64,000 nucleotides of DNA from Eledone cirrhosa (taxonomy: Eukaryota): the NCBI GenBank assembly GCA_964016885.1, contig OZ024742.1, positions 271,808,001 to 271,872,000 of the forward strand. Direction: 5' to 3'. Position 1 is the stretch's first letter; each line of letters starts with the position of its first letter. This document shows, piece after piece, positions 13,356 to 26,856 of this stretch. The position numbers were made by a program, and so were the translations under genes. The notes beneath the pieces were generated by a model, which was not told the origin of the DNA, searched no databases, and saw only the letters and a list, made by a program, of their open reading frames with translations.

Positions 13356-15140
13356 ATGGCTACGAAAAAGAATTTTCATAGGTCACTCCCACTCATTCTG
13401 TCTTCTTCTTCTTCCTCAATCGTCACTACAGCAGAGAGAAGAATGTCTCTCTCCCTCCCTTCTTTAAATGTGTCTCTCTCCCTCCCTTCTCTTTCGCAAG
13501 CGACGACAGAAAAGAAATGTCTTGTGCAAAGCGTGCAAGATTTCTCCACGACAACGACGACGAAACAGGTGTGCGGGAAATACGAAAACCCATTTCATTC
13601 GTCTGACGTCAGGAATAATAGCAGTAGCAGCCGTAATAACAACAGCACCAGTGGCAATGAAAACAACAGTAGCAGCCGCAACGTCATCAGTAGCAGCATA
13701 AACAACAACAGCATTAGCAGCAGCAACAACAACAACAACAACCACAGCAACAGCGGCGGCGGCAGTAGTCGTACTACCTGCAGCAACAACAAAAGTAACA
13801 GCAGCTCTGACGACAACAACAACAACAACAGCAGCAGCAAAGTAAAACCAATCTCATTTGCAGGTATCGCGAAGAACCTGGAAACAATCCTCATAACAAA
13901 TGAGGAATTAGAGGAGGCGAAGAAGATGGTGACAAAAACCGGACACCGAACAATCTGCAAGGCAGCGGAAACATTTTTCGGAACCCAACAGCACTGTACG
14001 GTCACGTACCGTACAGTAAGTACAAAATCCCGTAGGGCGGAAAGAGCCACAGAGGGTCAAATACAAAAAGCCTTGGAGTCTGTGTGGCAGCGGAAAACAC
14101 AGATCACCCGAGGCAAGAAATATGCCACCGTAGACTTACATTTTGCCACACCCCAGGAGGCAAAGGCTCAATCCGTAGTGACCCTAATGGGCGAGGAAAT
14201 GGTGTTGGTGCCATCCTACTGCGGGCAAAAAATTGTGAGCGTCAAACTGACCCACGTCCCCCCCGGGATGGCCCCTTCTTGGCTGGCCGCGTCTGTCCTC
14301 GTCGGAATCGAGGACAAAACAACTGTACTGCAAGTACAGAAAAAAGTAAGAGAAGATTGGGTCGGCACCTCCATTGAGATGTTAATCCAAACCAACCAGG
14401 AGTGCATCGAAGCTATCCCGGATGTGATAGACTTCGATAACGGCACTCAACTTCCCATAAGTGTTGAGGGCAAACGCCCGAAATGTTTTCGATGTGGGTC
14501 GAAGACTCACCTCAGGGCCTTCTGCAACGAGAAGACCCTGAGAAAGGAGAAAACCCCCCTCTTTCCGAAACCGGCTCCACGGCTACCAGCAACAGGACAA
14601 GCGGCAACCAGGAACGATAGGTCCGTGGCACCCATACCCACGCCACGGAAATCAAAAACAGCAGCGGTAGTGGAAGTAATAACAACAACAACAACAGCAA
14701 TACCAAATGCAGCTGCAACAGAGACTCCAGTGCAAACATCACCAACAACAACAAGTGAAAAAGTGGAGCTGGTGCCCCTCCCCGACCTCACAGAATCAGA
14801 CATGGAGTGTGAGGTGGGAGAGGGATGGCAAACGATTGTAAGAAGGCACAAACGCAGAAGCAGCGCATCGTCGCCTTTGAAAAGGGAGGAAAGAAATGAA
14901 AAAAGGGTAAAGTCTACTGCAAAGAGACTCACAGCAGCAACACCACCAACACCATCACCACCCACACTAGCACTACCATCACCACCGGCGACAACCCCAC
15001 CGCCAACAACAACAACAACACCTTCAACACCACCACCACAACATCGCAAACACAACAACAAAACACACACACCCAGCAAAAACGACAAGAAAATAGCAGA
15101 ACCACACCCCACCCCCAGAAAAACAAATGCACGGCAATAA
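13356..15140 (+). CDS. LINE ORF1 (RRM-like core + CCHC zinc knuckle, low-complexity N/S/T/P flanks), intact
   Basis: Open 594-codon frame from ATG 13356; RPKCFRCGSKTHLRAFC knuckle; core homologous to the ORF1 remnants at 23.0-23.7 kb and 36.0-36.7 kb. Confidence 0.85.
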   Translation: MATKKNFHRSLPLILSSSSSSIVTTAERRMSLSLPSLNVSLSLPSLSQATTEKKCLVQSVQDFSTTTTTKQVCGKYENPFHSSDVRNNSSSSRNNNSTSGNENNSSSRNVISSSINNNSISSSNNNNNNHSNSGGGSSRTTCSNNKSNSSSDDNNNNNSSSKVKPISFAGIAKNLETILITNEELEEAKKMVTKTGHRTICKAAETFFGTQQHCTVTYRTVSTKSRRAERATEGQIQKALESVWQRKTQITRGKKYATVDLHFATPQEAKAQSVVTLMGEEMVLVPSYCGQKIVSVKLTHVPPGMAPSWLAASVLVGIEDKTTVLQVQKKVREDWVGTSIEMLIQTNQECIEAIPDVIDFDNGTQLPISVEGKRPKCFRCGSKTHLRAFCNEKTLRKEKTPLFPKPAPRLPATGQAATRNDRSVAPIPTPRKSKTAAVVEVITTTTTAIPNAAATETPVQTSPTTTSEKVELVPLPDLTESDMECEVGEGWQTIVRRHKRRSSASSPLKREERNEKRVKSTAKRLTAATPPTPSPPTLALPSPPATTPPPTTTTTPSTPPPQHRKHNNKTHTPSKNDKKIAEPHPTPRKTNARQ

Positions 15141-15323
15141 ATACACACAACAAGAAACTAATGACTTACATAATTGAACACACAGAGATTTCACAATACG
15201 ACTACATAATACCAGCACCAATCAAAACGCCAACGATCAAGTGAAAAGGGATTTAAAAACCATCCCTCCTCTACGAAAAGTACGGTAAATGGTCTTTTCC
15301 ATCTTTTCCACTCTATTTTAAAC

Positions 15324-18300
15324 ATGACCTCACTCAGAATAGGCAGCATAAATGCGCGTGGCTTGGGGTCGTCATGGAAGCAGGGTCACCTGCTCAACGA
15401 CCTCAGGTCACTAAACATAGATGTAGTGGCCATCAGCGCGACCAGAATCTCCGAAGCTCGGGCCTTCGCACCGATTTCGGCGGCTACGATGTGTATGCAT
15501 CTCCCTGCCGTCCTGGATCGGGGGGGGGGGGAGTTGCTGTGCTTTTTCGGAGAGGTTTGGATCTCGCTATACGGGCCATCTTCCTGGACCCTGAGTGTAA
15601 GCTGGTGGTGCTAGACGTGACCAGCGGAGACAGGCAAGCTTTCAGGCTAGTGGCCGTCTATGCCCCGACAGGAGCAGGGCGGCCTGATTTCTTCCGGCGT
15701 CTGGAGACCTTTCTTGGAACGTCCCGCTCCTTAGTGTTAGTGGGCGACTGGAACGGGATCTTAGATGCAAGCTGGGACTGTGTGGGATTAGCGGATAGGG
15801 GTGGAGGGTGCAAGAGCCTCACCAACCTGCTCAGGCGTTTTGAACTGTCTGACAGGTACCGATTGGATTTCCCGAATGTGACAATGTGGACTTGGACAAA
15901 TCGCATAGGGTCATCCAGATCATATCTAGATAGAGTATTTTGTATGGAAATAGATAGGTCTAGCATAGGCTGTCCACAATTGAAGATAGTCAGCTACACG
16001 GACCACAAATTCGTGATCTGTGTGCTTGATTAGATAGGCTTCATAGACGAGGACCCGGCTACTGGAAGCTAAACGCGTCCTTACCAGCACGCAAGGCCTA
16101 CAGAGACCGGCTTAGCGAATTAGTTAAGCGGGCGTTGACGGGGGCCATCGTCAACAACAAGTGGTGGTTTGCTCTGAAAAGAGCGATTAGAATAGAATCC
16201 ATTAGGTTTAGTAAGGCTTTAGCAATAGAGAAAAATAGAGCAGAGGGAGAACTAGTTAGAAAATTAGACGAGGCGCTTAGCAAAGGCATTGCGACCGACG
16301 TGCTTGCGGCGAAACTGACCCTTGACCAATTCTTCAATGCAAAGCACGAAGGCTGCGTTGTCAGAGCAAGGGTGCGTGCTCTCAGACACGAGGGGACGAA
16401 AGCCGTTCAATGGGCCCGAGTGGCGGAGGCGCGTCGTGGCAACAAAGCCACGATCCGGTCTTTGGTGGACCACGACGGGCGCATGCTACTCGATCCCGGG
16501 CAAGTGTGTGAAGCTTTTCAGCGACACTTCGCTCAGCTGTTCGGGGGCAGTGGTGGGCCGGGTCGAGGGATAGACTTTAGTGTCTACCTCGACTGACTGC
16601 CGCGGCTCTCGGCCACTGAGGCGGAGTGTTGCGAAAAGCCGATAACAGCCGCTGAAGTAAGGGAGGCAATGACTGGCTGCACAAGGGGTAAATCGCCTGG
16701 TTTGGATGGTCTGCCCAATGAACTTTATGTACAGATGCCAGACTTGTCGGAGGCCTCTTGGCGGACGTCTACTGCAACTGGCAACAGAACGGGAGAATTC
16801 CCAGTTCTGTAAGCCGAGGAGCGGTGGCACTGCTGAGAAAGTATCCGAACAAGGGGGATAACATAGATAATTTCCGGCCCATAACTCTGCTAAACACAGA
16901 GTTCAATATTTTGGCCAAGGTGCTAGCAAAGAGGTTGGCGCTTGTCGTTGGTGGTCTGGTGGGAAAGGCGCAGACATGTGCCATTCCCGACAGATCCATC
17001 CACGACAACCTCCACCTCATGCGATACATCGTAGAGATGGTAGCTAGGGAACCTGGCACGTGTGGGTCCTTGATCAATTTAGATCAATCGAAAGCTTTCG
17101 ATAGGGTCGACCATCGTTACCTAGCGGCAGTCCTGAGGGCGGCTGGCGTTGGGCCCGTCTTCAGAGGCTGGATCGCTGCCATGCATAGCGACATCTGCTC
17201 TGTGGTGAGAGTGAACGGTCACCTGTCGGAACCGTTCAACATCATGCGCTCGGTCCGCCAAGGATGTCCCCCCTCGTCCCTCTTGTACGTATTGACACTC
17301 GAGCCATTACTGCACAAACTGGAGACGTTGAGGGGCGTCCCGCGCGAACTAGGATGCGGAAGATCCGTGTCAGCATATGCGGACGATGTCACCGTAGTGG
17401 TGTCGAAGGCCAAACACATCGAGGCGATCGGCACTACACTAAGAGAATACGAAGCGGTGACAGGAGCAATGATCAACCAGGAAAAGTCAGTGGGCCTGCA
17501 GCTCGGCACCTGGAGAGGCTGGTCCATGCCGTCCAACAGCGTCGTCGGACGCTGGACGGACGGACCGGTTAAATTGCTAGGCGTCTGGTTCGGTCCGGAC
17601 CTCCAGACGGACAAAAACTGGGACGAGGTGATGAGCAGGGTGGCTTCTCTCATCCAGAAATTGGCGGACAGGAAGCTATCCCTGAAAGGTCGAGCGGAGG
17701 TGGCTAACGCGTACATCGCGTCTGTCATCTGCTACCGCCTGACCGTCGTACCTTGTCCTAAGCCTCGCCTGACTGCGCTGGAGCGTTTGCTCTTTCGCTT
17801 TTTATGGAAGGGACGCGCTCCGATGATCAGGCGGTCCATCTGTTGTCAACACCCGCTACGTGGAGGGCTGGGCATGCCGTGGCTGATGATGCGCAGGCAC
17901 GCGCTCAGGCTACGACATCTCCACCTCTTCCTCGACGGTGATCAGGTGTGGTCGCCGTTTGCTAGACACGTCTTTCCCTAGCTCGTTTCCTTGACGGAGC
18001 TTCAGTCCTGGGTCAAGCGAAGACCGAGAGGGAGCGCCTGGAGACTGGAATGTCTTCAGGCTCACACAGCCCTCGACCAATCGGGCAATGTGATCGGTGG
18101 AAACTCCACCTCGGCGTTCAATAGAGGATTAGTGGAGGGGAAGAGCGACGACGTACTTGGGGAAACTCTAGGCGTCGACGAAAATCAACTAGCCTATCTC
18201 TTCGGAAGAACTTTCGGGCCAGGGCCTATGGACAACTTCCAAAAATCTCTGGCCTGGCAGTGCTACCGAGGAGCCTTGCCAGTTCGGGATAAACTGTACA

Positions 18301-18744
18301 GGCATGGAGGTACCGTCAGCCGGGCATGTCCGAGATGCGCGCAGGGCGACGAAACCGTCCTGCACGCACTCGTCCAGTGTCCGAAAATTGCTGACTTGTG
18401 GGTTTATGTCGAACACCAGTTGTCGCGTTTAGGACGGATCCGGCTATCATCTGAGTCCATCGTGAGGATTGCCCCGCCCTCCTCCTTTAGCCGGGAAGGG
18501 CAGGCAATTTTTTATCTGTCTGGTGGCCATGGCGAAAGAGATAGTATGGTGGACACGTTTGAAAGGGCTGAAGACGAGCACTTACCTCTTCGGTGATGCT
18601 CTGATTGACTTTTTCAAATTTCATTTGAAAAGGAAAATCAGAGTAGAGAGGGAAGTGCTCTCTTCCCAGCATTTTGTTGAAAGATGGGTGAGAGAAGCAA
18701 GAATGGCCCGAGTGAATGGGCCTACTCTGAGTATATATCTGTAA
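15324..18744 (+). pseudogene. Tx1-like ORF2 (APE endonuclease, RT, zf-RVT) broken by frameshifts and stops
   Basis: INARGL, GDWN, SYLDRVF, TDHK, KSPGLDG, FRPITLLN, LDQSKAFDRV, VRQGCP, YADD, CPRC..ETVLHALVQC. Confidence 0.93.
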
Positions 18745-18994
18745 ATTAAAGTATGAAAACTGGGAGAGGGCACTTGCCTTGGTGGTCAGGGTCATTGTGG
18801 CCTTTTACTAGGCTTTCTCCACAAATGTCCCTCGGAAGTATCCCCCCTATTGGGAAATTTTCCTTGTTATTTTTTGTTACATCCTCTGTTTTTGTTTTTT
18901 ACACGCAGAAATGCCCATTTGTACCGTCCTGCATTGTCCTGCACTGTTCTTAATGTCTACTTTATGTAAACCCTTGTGGTTAATAAAGAAATCA

Positions 18995-19026
<32 letters not shown>

Positions 19027-19045
19027 TATATTACTATTATTTTTA

Positions 19046-19098
<53 letters not shown>

Positions 19099-20159
19099 TA
19101 AAAGTTTGAAGATTAGTCAGACAAAATTCATCTATTTTTTTTCTTCTCTGTCCGTAGAAATCAATTAGTTAAATAATCATTTATATGGAGCTAAGTTTAA
19201 AATGTGACTTTGAAGAAATAACATATAAATCTTACTGATATTCCTCCATGAGAAATTTTCAGATAAAATTTACCTCGTATTCACTCTTAGTCCATATAAA
19301 TTAACTAGACAAATAATCAATTAATCGGAACTAAGTCTAAAATGTAAATTTGAAGAAAAGCATAGATAACTGTCACAAAAATTCTCCCAGTCCCGACTAT
19401 CAATAATTTCGCTCGTACTTTGTGGAAATGTATAATCTTTGCATTATCCATTTGGCTGCGAAGTTTCCAAGGGACTCCATCAGTTAGGACCGAAATTAAA
19501 AAATTGATCGCCGTCAGTAACGAATTCAAAAGCGGTAAAAAACACCACATGGCTAGCGCTCAAAATAGATGTGTTGTGAAGGGTAGGCCGGTGGTACGTA
19601 AGTTCATTGCTACAAGAAGCATTTAGTTACCGACTAATGTTCACTCAACCGTAAGGAATTAGGTTGGATATAATTTATACCAAGGAAAACGAAATTGTAG
19701 ACAGAGGATAAATGGTGAAAACCAGAGAGCAGAGATCTGGGGTGTATGTAGATACCCATTGTGAATTCTGCCGGTGAATGTTATCTTGCTAAATAGCTAG
19801 TGGTTAGAAACGTGGATTATAACTGAGGACGTTAGAGAGGGGGGAAGTCCCAAGCGAAGTAAGGCTTGGCCCAACCGCTAAGTTAGTGTTACTCAGGGAT
19901 ATCTTTAGATGCTAATCGAACCAAGACGAGAAGAGAGAGATGAGATAGGTCTAGTGTGCGGGGCTCGTGTCTCTTCGACTCACTATGGTAGGGTTGCTAT
20001 CCATATAGCTTGATGAAATTTCCCCTACTTAGGAGTCGACATGTACCAAAGAAATCTGCCCTGCGATTGATTATATTTATCGCACCCTTGTGTATCTCGA
20101 GTGTCTCACTCAGAAGAGAGGGGCTGTAAATGCCAGACCTGCCTCCATCTGGGAGTACC

Positions 20160-20762
20160 TCCTTAAACTTGTCGTTTCTGTTGTTGTTGGTGGTGGTGGT
20201 GGTATTGCCTTTGTTGTGGTGTTGTCGTTCTTCTTGGTGTTGTGGTTATTGCAGTTGGTGTTATTCTTCATGTTGATTTATTTCCTTTTATCTTTGTTAC
20301 TGTTCGTGCTGTCGCTGTTTATGTTCTTGTTGGTGGAGTTGTTAATTTCCTGGTTGTTCCTGTCGTCTGCGATTTGCTTGCCACTGTTACCACTGTTAGT
20401 GTTCTCACTGTTGCTCTCATTATTTACGATTTTGTGGTGGTGTTGCATGCTGTGTTTGTATTAAATATCTTATTACCTGTGTTACGAATGGTGCAAGTTG
20501 TGTCTGCCATATCCCTCCTCTCAACTTTTAAGTCACTTTTAAGTCAGAGAAGACTTAAATCTGGGAAGCGTGACTCAGCCATGTTTTTTTTTAATACGAA
20601 AATTAAAAGAATAACAGAGTTCAATTAGTTGCGCAAAAAGGCATTAACAATATGGAGTCGCCTTTACAATGGGCAATGCATGGGACATTATATACAGTAC
20701 GTGAAGCAACTCAAACTAACTAAACTTCTAGAGCCAATGTGAACACGTTCGTAGCAAAAGTT
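20160..20762 (-). mobile_element. Probable Tx1-like 5' UTR and low-complexity ORF1 N-terminus fragment
   Basis: T/N/K-rich reading after a..aaaacATGG context as in the other copies; begins immediately after the SINE ATT tail. Confidence 0.45.
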
Positions 20763-20853
20763 AATAATTGTTTCTACTTTGGGCACAAGGCCAGCAATAA
20801 CTCAGTGCATTACTGGTACTTTATTTTATCGACCCCGTAAGGATGAAAGGCAA
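20763..20853 (-). mobile_element. 5'-truncated Nin-domain SINE
   Basis: Reverse complement of the 3' half of the SINE. Confidence 0.85.
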
Positions 20854-20854
20854 A

Positions 20855-23800
20855 TAGCGAGGCTCAGTATAAGGCACGACGGTCATGCGGTAGTAGATAA
20901 CGGACGCGATGTACGCATTCGCTACCACAGCTCGATATTTCAGGGATAGCTTCCTATCGGCCCATTTCTGGTTGAGAGGCCACCCTAATCGCACCTCGTC
21001 ATAGTTTTGTCCGGACCGAACCAGACACCTAGCAATTTAACCGGTCCGTCCGTGCAGGACCCGACGACGCGGTTTGATGATATGGACCTGCCTCTCCAGG
21101 CCCACCGACTCTTCCAGGTTGATCATTGCTCCTGTCATCGCATCATATCATGTTTGTGGGGTGCCGATCGCCTCGATGTGTTCGGCATTCGACACAACTA
21201 CGGTGACGTCGTTTGCATATGCTGACACGGTTCTTCCGCAACCAGTTCGCGGGTGTCAGCACTCAACATCACCAACGAACCAATACGTACATCAGGGATG
21301 AGAGGGGACATCTTTAGTGAACCGAGCGCATGATGTTGAACGGTTCTGAAAGGTGACCGTTCACTGTCTTCACAGAGCAGATGTCGCTGTGTATGGCTGC
21401 GATCCCTCCTCTGAAGACGGGCCCAAAGCCAGCCGCCTCCATGACTGCCGCCAGAAAATGATGGTCGACCCTATCGAAAGCTTTTGACTGATATAAATTG
21501 AAGAAGAACACCTCGTACCATGTTCCCTAGCTACCATCTTCCACGATGTATCGCATGAGGTGGATGTTATCGTGGATAGATCTGTCTGGAATGGCACATG
21601 TCTGCGCCTCTCCCACTAGACCACCGACGAAAAGCGCCAACGTCTTTGCTAGCACTTTGGCCAAAATCTTGAGCTCTGAGTTTAGCAGAGTTGTTGGCCT
21701 GACGTTATCTATGTTATTCCCATTGTTCGGCTCATTTATCAGCAACGACACCGATCCTCGGCTCACAGTGCAGGGTATTCTCATGTTCTGTTGCCAGTTG
21801 CATTAGACGTCCGCCAAGAGGTCGACCAACAAGTCTGGCACAAATACGTAATGTTCGTAGGGCAGACCATCTAAACCAGGTGATTTATCTATTGTGCAGC
21901 CAGTCATTGCCTCCCGTACTTCAGCGGCTGTATTCGGCTTTTCGCAACACTCCGCGTCAGTGGCCGAGAGCCGCGGCCGTCCGGAGAGGTAGGCTCTAAT
22001 CTCCATCCCGCGACCCGGCCCGCCGCTGCTCCCGAACAGCTGGTCCAAGTGTCACTGAAAAGCCGCACACATTTGTCCGGGATCGAAAACATGTGCCTGT
22101 CGTGGTCCGCCAAAGACCGGATCGTGGCTTTTTTGCGACGTGCATCCGCCACTCGGGCCCCTCTAACAGCGTTCGTACCCTCGTGTCTGAGAGCATGCGC
22201 ATTAGGTCTGACAACGCAGCCTTTGTGCTTTGCGTTAACAAATTTTTCAAGAGCCAATTTCGCAAACAACCATTTGTTGTTGACGATGGCCCCAGTCAAC
22301 GCTGCTTAACTAATTCGCTAATCCGGTCTCTGTAAGCTTTGCGCGCTGTGAATGACGTGTTTAACTTACAGTAGCCGTGTCCCTGTCTATGAAGCCTATC
22401 TAAATAAACCAGACAGATCACGAATTTGTGGTCCGTGTAGTCGACTATCTTGAATTGTGGACAGCTTAGGCTAGAACTATTTTTTCCCTACAAAATACCC
22501 TATCTAGATATGATCTGGATGACCAGGTGCGGTTTGGCCAAGTCCACATTGACGCATCCAACGGGTACAATACCAACGGGGACCTGCTAGACAGCTGAAC
22601 ACGTCTGAGCAGGTTTGCGAGGCTTTTACACCATCCTCCTGTATCCGCTAATCCCACACAATCCCAGCGTGTATCTTAGATCCCGTTCCAGTCGCCCTTT
22701 TACACTAAATAGCGGGACGTTCCAAGAAGGATGGTTTGGGTGGGTGGGTGTTGATGGTGGTGGAGGAGATTGGGTCGATTTCATTTTGTTTTTGGGGTTT
22801 CTTTCTTCCTCTTTTTTTTTGAGGGCGGAGGTACGGAGTTCTTTTTTTTGCTGCGATAGTTTGCCATCCTTCGGTCTCATCGCACTCCTTTGTTCGATTT
22901 ACCAATATCGGGAAGGGGCATGCTCTCCATTGGTTATGTTGGTAGAGGAGGAGATGGTACTTTCGTTGATGGTGATAGTAATGTTTATTCTACCACGGTG
23001 GGCTTGGTTGGTTTGTCCACTCCAGTCATGTGGCACGGCGTTGGGAGAAGTGGGTAGCGCGTGGCCGTCTTTGTGAGTTTGGGGCTGAAGGCCTTAAGGT
23101 GCGTCTTGCAACAGCACCCTGACACCTTGGGCGCCTACCTTCGACAATCACGGGTAGATGGCTGCCGTCGTCCAGGCCTATCACATCTGTGATGCCCTCG
23201 ATGCACTCATGGTCTGCTTGGATGATTAGCTCCGTCCCCGACGCTGTGCAATTCTCCTTTCTTATCCGCATGACGTTGAATCTTCGACGTCAGCGCGGAC
23301 GGCCGCCAACAGCCAAGCGATCTCTGAGGTCAGAACCTGGGTTTCACGAAACCTCACGACTCTCTGGCCGCTGTATGTGGGCATCATTATTATTTCGTCA
23401 CCGCTGAGTGGCGCAATGGAGTGTGCTCTGGCTTCTTCCGGTGTAGTGAAGAGCAAATCCACAGTGCCATTCCGCGACCCTCGGGATATGTATGTTTTCT
23501 GTGCCCAGACGGCACCCATAGCCCTTTGGACCTGCGACTCCGAAGCCCGTTTGACTCGGCGCGATTTTAATCCAATTGTGCAAATACTGACCGAACACAA
23601 AAAAGCTTGTTCTTCATTGTATTAGCTGGGTGGGTGAGACGTACCCTGTGTCCGGTCTTTTTAACCAAGATCTTGGCTTGCTTTATCTCCGTGCTGTTGA
23701 TGTGTACAAGTTCGACATTTTTTGCCGCTTTCGCGAACAATGTCACTGCGGTCTGCTGTGCTGACTCATCGCTAGTCTTGCCTTTGTTGCTGTTTCTGTT

Positions 23801-24338
23801 GTTGTTGGTGGTGGTGGTCTTCTTGTTAGTCTCCTTTTCCCCTGTGTTGCTGCTGTTACAATTGTTGCTTCCAGAATTCTTTATGGCTGTTGCTGCTGTT
23901 GTTGTTGTTATTAAGTTGGAGGTGGCGGTGGTGCCTGTCTATCCTTCTAATGACGGAAAATGTTCATAGTAGTTTGACACTGCACTCTGTTCAAGTGGCT
24001 GCTGCTACTGATCAAGTGGCTGCTGCAGCTGTTGTCACCACCACTGTTGCTGCTGCTGCTCTTGTTCTCACCGCCACTGCCACTGTGATTGGACGGAATC
24101 GGCTGTTCTACCCTCCAAACAACCCGATCTTCCTGCCTGTTGACAGTTTTTTTTGTCCGCCATGTGTTTTTTAAGAATACAATTGAGGGGTATGATTGGA
24201 AATAAAATAAATTCAGCCCCTAATGGCGCGAGACACCCCCTTTGAAATCCACCTGCTTTGAAAGAGGGTTATTTAGCTAGAGAACTATGTAACAATTAAT
24301 ATATAACAGTTTCAATAACATTCAACAGACTCCGTCAA
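20855..24338 (-). mobile_element. Degenerate Tx1-like LINE (5' UTR, ORF1 ~22700-24165, internally deleted ORF2), 3'-truncated
   Basis: KSRRVKRASESQVQRAM..W.QKT ORF1 core; SYLDRVF, KSPGLDGLPYE, KAFDRVDH RT motifs. Confidence 0.88.
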
Positions 24339-24339
24339 T

Positions 24340-26801
24340 ATCACCCAGGGAGGAAATGCAAGGATTCTGGGAAAAGAGCTGGGCCGAAGAAAAAGTTCAT
24401 AATATACATGCCCCATAGATAGACAGACAAATTGACGATACAGCTCACCTTGAGGAACAAATATGGGAAAATATAACAGTTCAACATCTGTGTATTACTC
24501 TTAGAAAATCCAGCAAATGGAAATCCCCAGGGAAAGACAAAATACCAAATGTTTGGATAAATGCCTTCCCAGAGTCCCATGAGCTGTTAGCCCAACTTTA
24601 CAATGAAATGGTTAAGGAGCCAGAAAAGATACCAAAAGATACTTCCGAAGAATGATGAGACAAACAATCACAATAATTACAGACCGATAACTTGCTTGAC
24701 CACAATGTATAACATTTTAACATTAGTCCTAACTGAATATACATATGATCACCTGATAACAAATGATCTATTTCCCAATGAGAAGAAAGGATGTAAACGA
24801 GGCTCATATGGCTGTAAGGATCAGCTTTTGGTTAGGAAAATGATACTGTAAGATTTATATAATAGAAACAAAAATCTATCAATTGCTTGGATAGATTACA
24901 AAAAAGCATTCGATAGTTTGTCACACAGTTGGATTGAAAAGTGTTTTGATAGTTTCAAAATATCTCCCGTTGTCAGGAGGTTCCTGTTATTCAGTATGAA
25001 GACATGGAAAATGACACTCCTTTTGAATAGTGAAAAAAAATCACTGGAAGCTGGAGAAGTAAATATTAATCGTGAAATTTTTCACAGTGACTTTTTATCA
25101 CCGCTTTTATTCTGTATCGGATTTATACCATTAAGTAAAATGCTCAATGAAAGAAAACATGGATATAACGTCTATGACAAAACTATTAATTACTTGTTCT
25201 AGATCGATGACCTGAAACAATTGCAAGGGCTATTATCCACTGTGAATCAGTTCAGTGATGATATTAAAATAGCGTTTGAACTAGACAAATGCGCCAATGT
25301 CACGTACACCAGAGGTAAGCTCCTGAAAAGTTTAGACATTAATCTTGATCGGGGGAATCTGATAAGAAAACTTGATCAAGAAGAAACGGAAGGATAAGCA
25401 AGGAATGTTACCGCAGAGTAAATGCAGTCTTAAGAACGAAATTGAATGCACAGAAAATGATCAGTACCATAAACACGCTTGCCATACCAGTAGTAACCTA
25501 CAGTTTAAAAGTCATCAACTGGTTAAGCACAGAGATCCGTAGGCTCGATACAAAATTTAGAAAATTCTTAACCATGCATGGAATGCATCACCCTAAGTTA
25601 GATACAGATTGAATATATCTCCTTAGTAAATATGGATGGCGTGGATTAATCCAGTTAGATATTGCTTTGAAAACTGCAACAATTTGATTATCTACATATC
25701 TAAGGGAATCACATGATTGGATGATCAAACTCGTTTTGAAACATGAAAGCGTGAACAATTCAGACCCCATTAAAAAAGATGCACAAAGATACAGTAATGA
25801 ACTACACATTTCAGAAGTTCCATTTATTGCTGTAATGAAAAACACTAAAAAAGCAAAGAAGATAAAAGTAACAGCAAAGAAAGAACTGCTACAGAAACTG
25901 GCTAAGAAATGGCAAGAAAAGCCTCTGTGTGGAAAATACCCAGAAAGAGCTAACAATCATGATGTTGACAAAACTTTAACCCATCAGTGGTTGGCATCCT
26001 CTGGACTGAAATCGGACTGAAGGACTGATTATATCAGCACAAGATCAGTGTCTGCCAACAAAAAAGTATCAAGCCAACATAATATAAATGGATGAAACCC
26101 ATTATGCCGTGTATGTAAAAAAAACAACCAGAGACCATTTATCATATAATTTTAATGTGCAGTCCTATACCTCCAACTGAATATCTAAACAGTTTTGCAC
26201 AATACATACATTAGATAATGTGTAAGCATTTTCACCTTCCCCATCAAAAGAATTGGTGGGAGCATCAAACACCTCCCATACTTGAAAAAGATCACATCTT
26301 AATCTTGTGGATCTTTAGCATCCAAACAGACTGAAACATAGATGCAAATAGACTTGATATAATACTGAAGGACTTTAAAAAGAGGGTATGCCTGCTAATT
26401 ACATGTCAGTTCCAATAGACAAGAATGTATATTTATAAAAAACATTTGAAAAATTGAGCACATATAAGAACCTGGAGATAGAAATGTGGAAGTTGAGAAC
26501 TAAAACATTACCAGTGGTTGTAGGCGCTCTAGGAATGATACCTAAGGGGTCTAATTATTACTTATCGCAAATCCCAGGAAACCCGCGTATAGGAGAAATA
26601 CAAAAGATAGTACTAATCGGAACTGCCCATTTCCTAAGGAAGATTCTGTCAATATAAGTAGATCAGAAGTCTAAACACCTAAAGATGCATGTGTGTGTAT
26701 GCATGTACTTTCTTGACCATGGCGGACTTTGTTGTCTTGAGGTCACTGGTTGTGACTTGGTGATAACTCGTATGAACACAAAGCAAGATAAATGCAACTG
26801 C

Positions 26802-26855
<54 letters not shown>

Positions 26856-26856
26856 T
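24340..26856 (+). mobile_element. R4/Dong-like retrotransposon, 5'-truncated, with (AAT)n tail 26802-26856
   Basis: Same family as 10924-13101 (YRPITCL, CKRGSYGCKDQLL, WKLRTKT.PVVVGALG, RKILSI stop, shared 3' UTR). Confidence 0.92.

Larger units (their letters stand above)
13134..19025 (+). mobile_element. Full-length Tx1/L1-clade LINE flanked by (ATT)n on both sides
   Basis: 5' UTR, ORF1, ORF2 (APE-RT-zinc finger), 3' UTR with aataaagaaatcatcatt(att)n; preceded by (ATT)n at 13102-13133. Confidence 0.93.
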
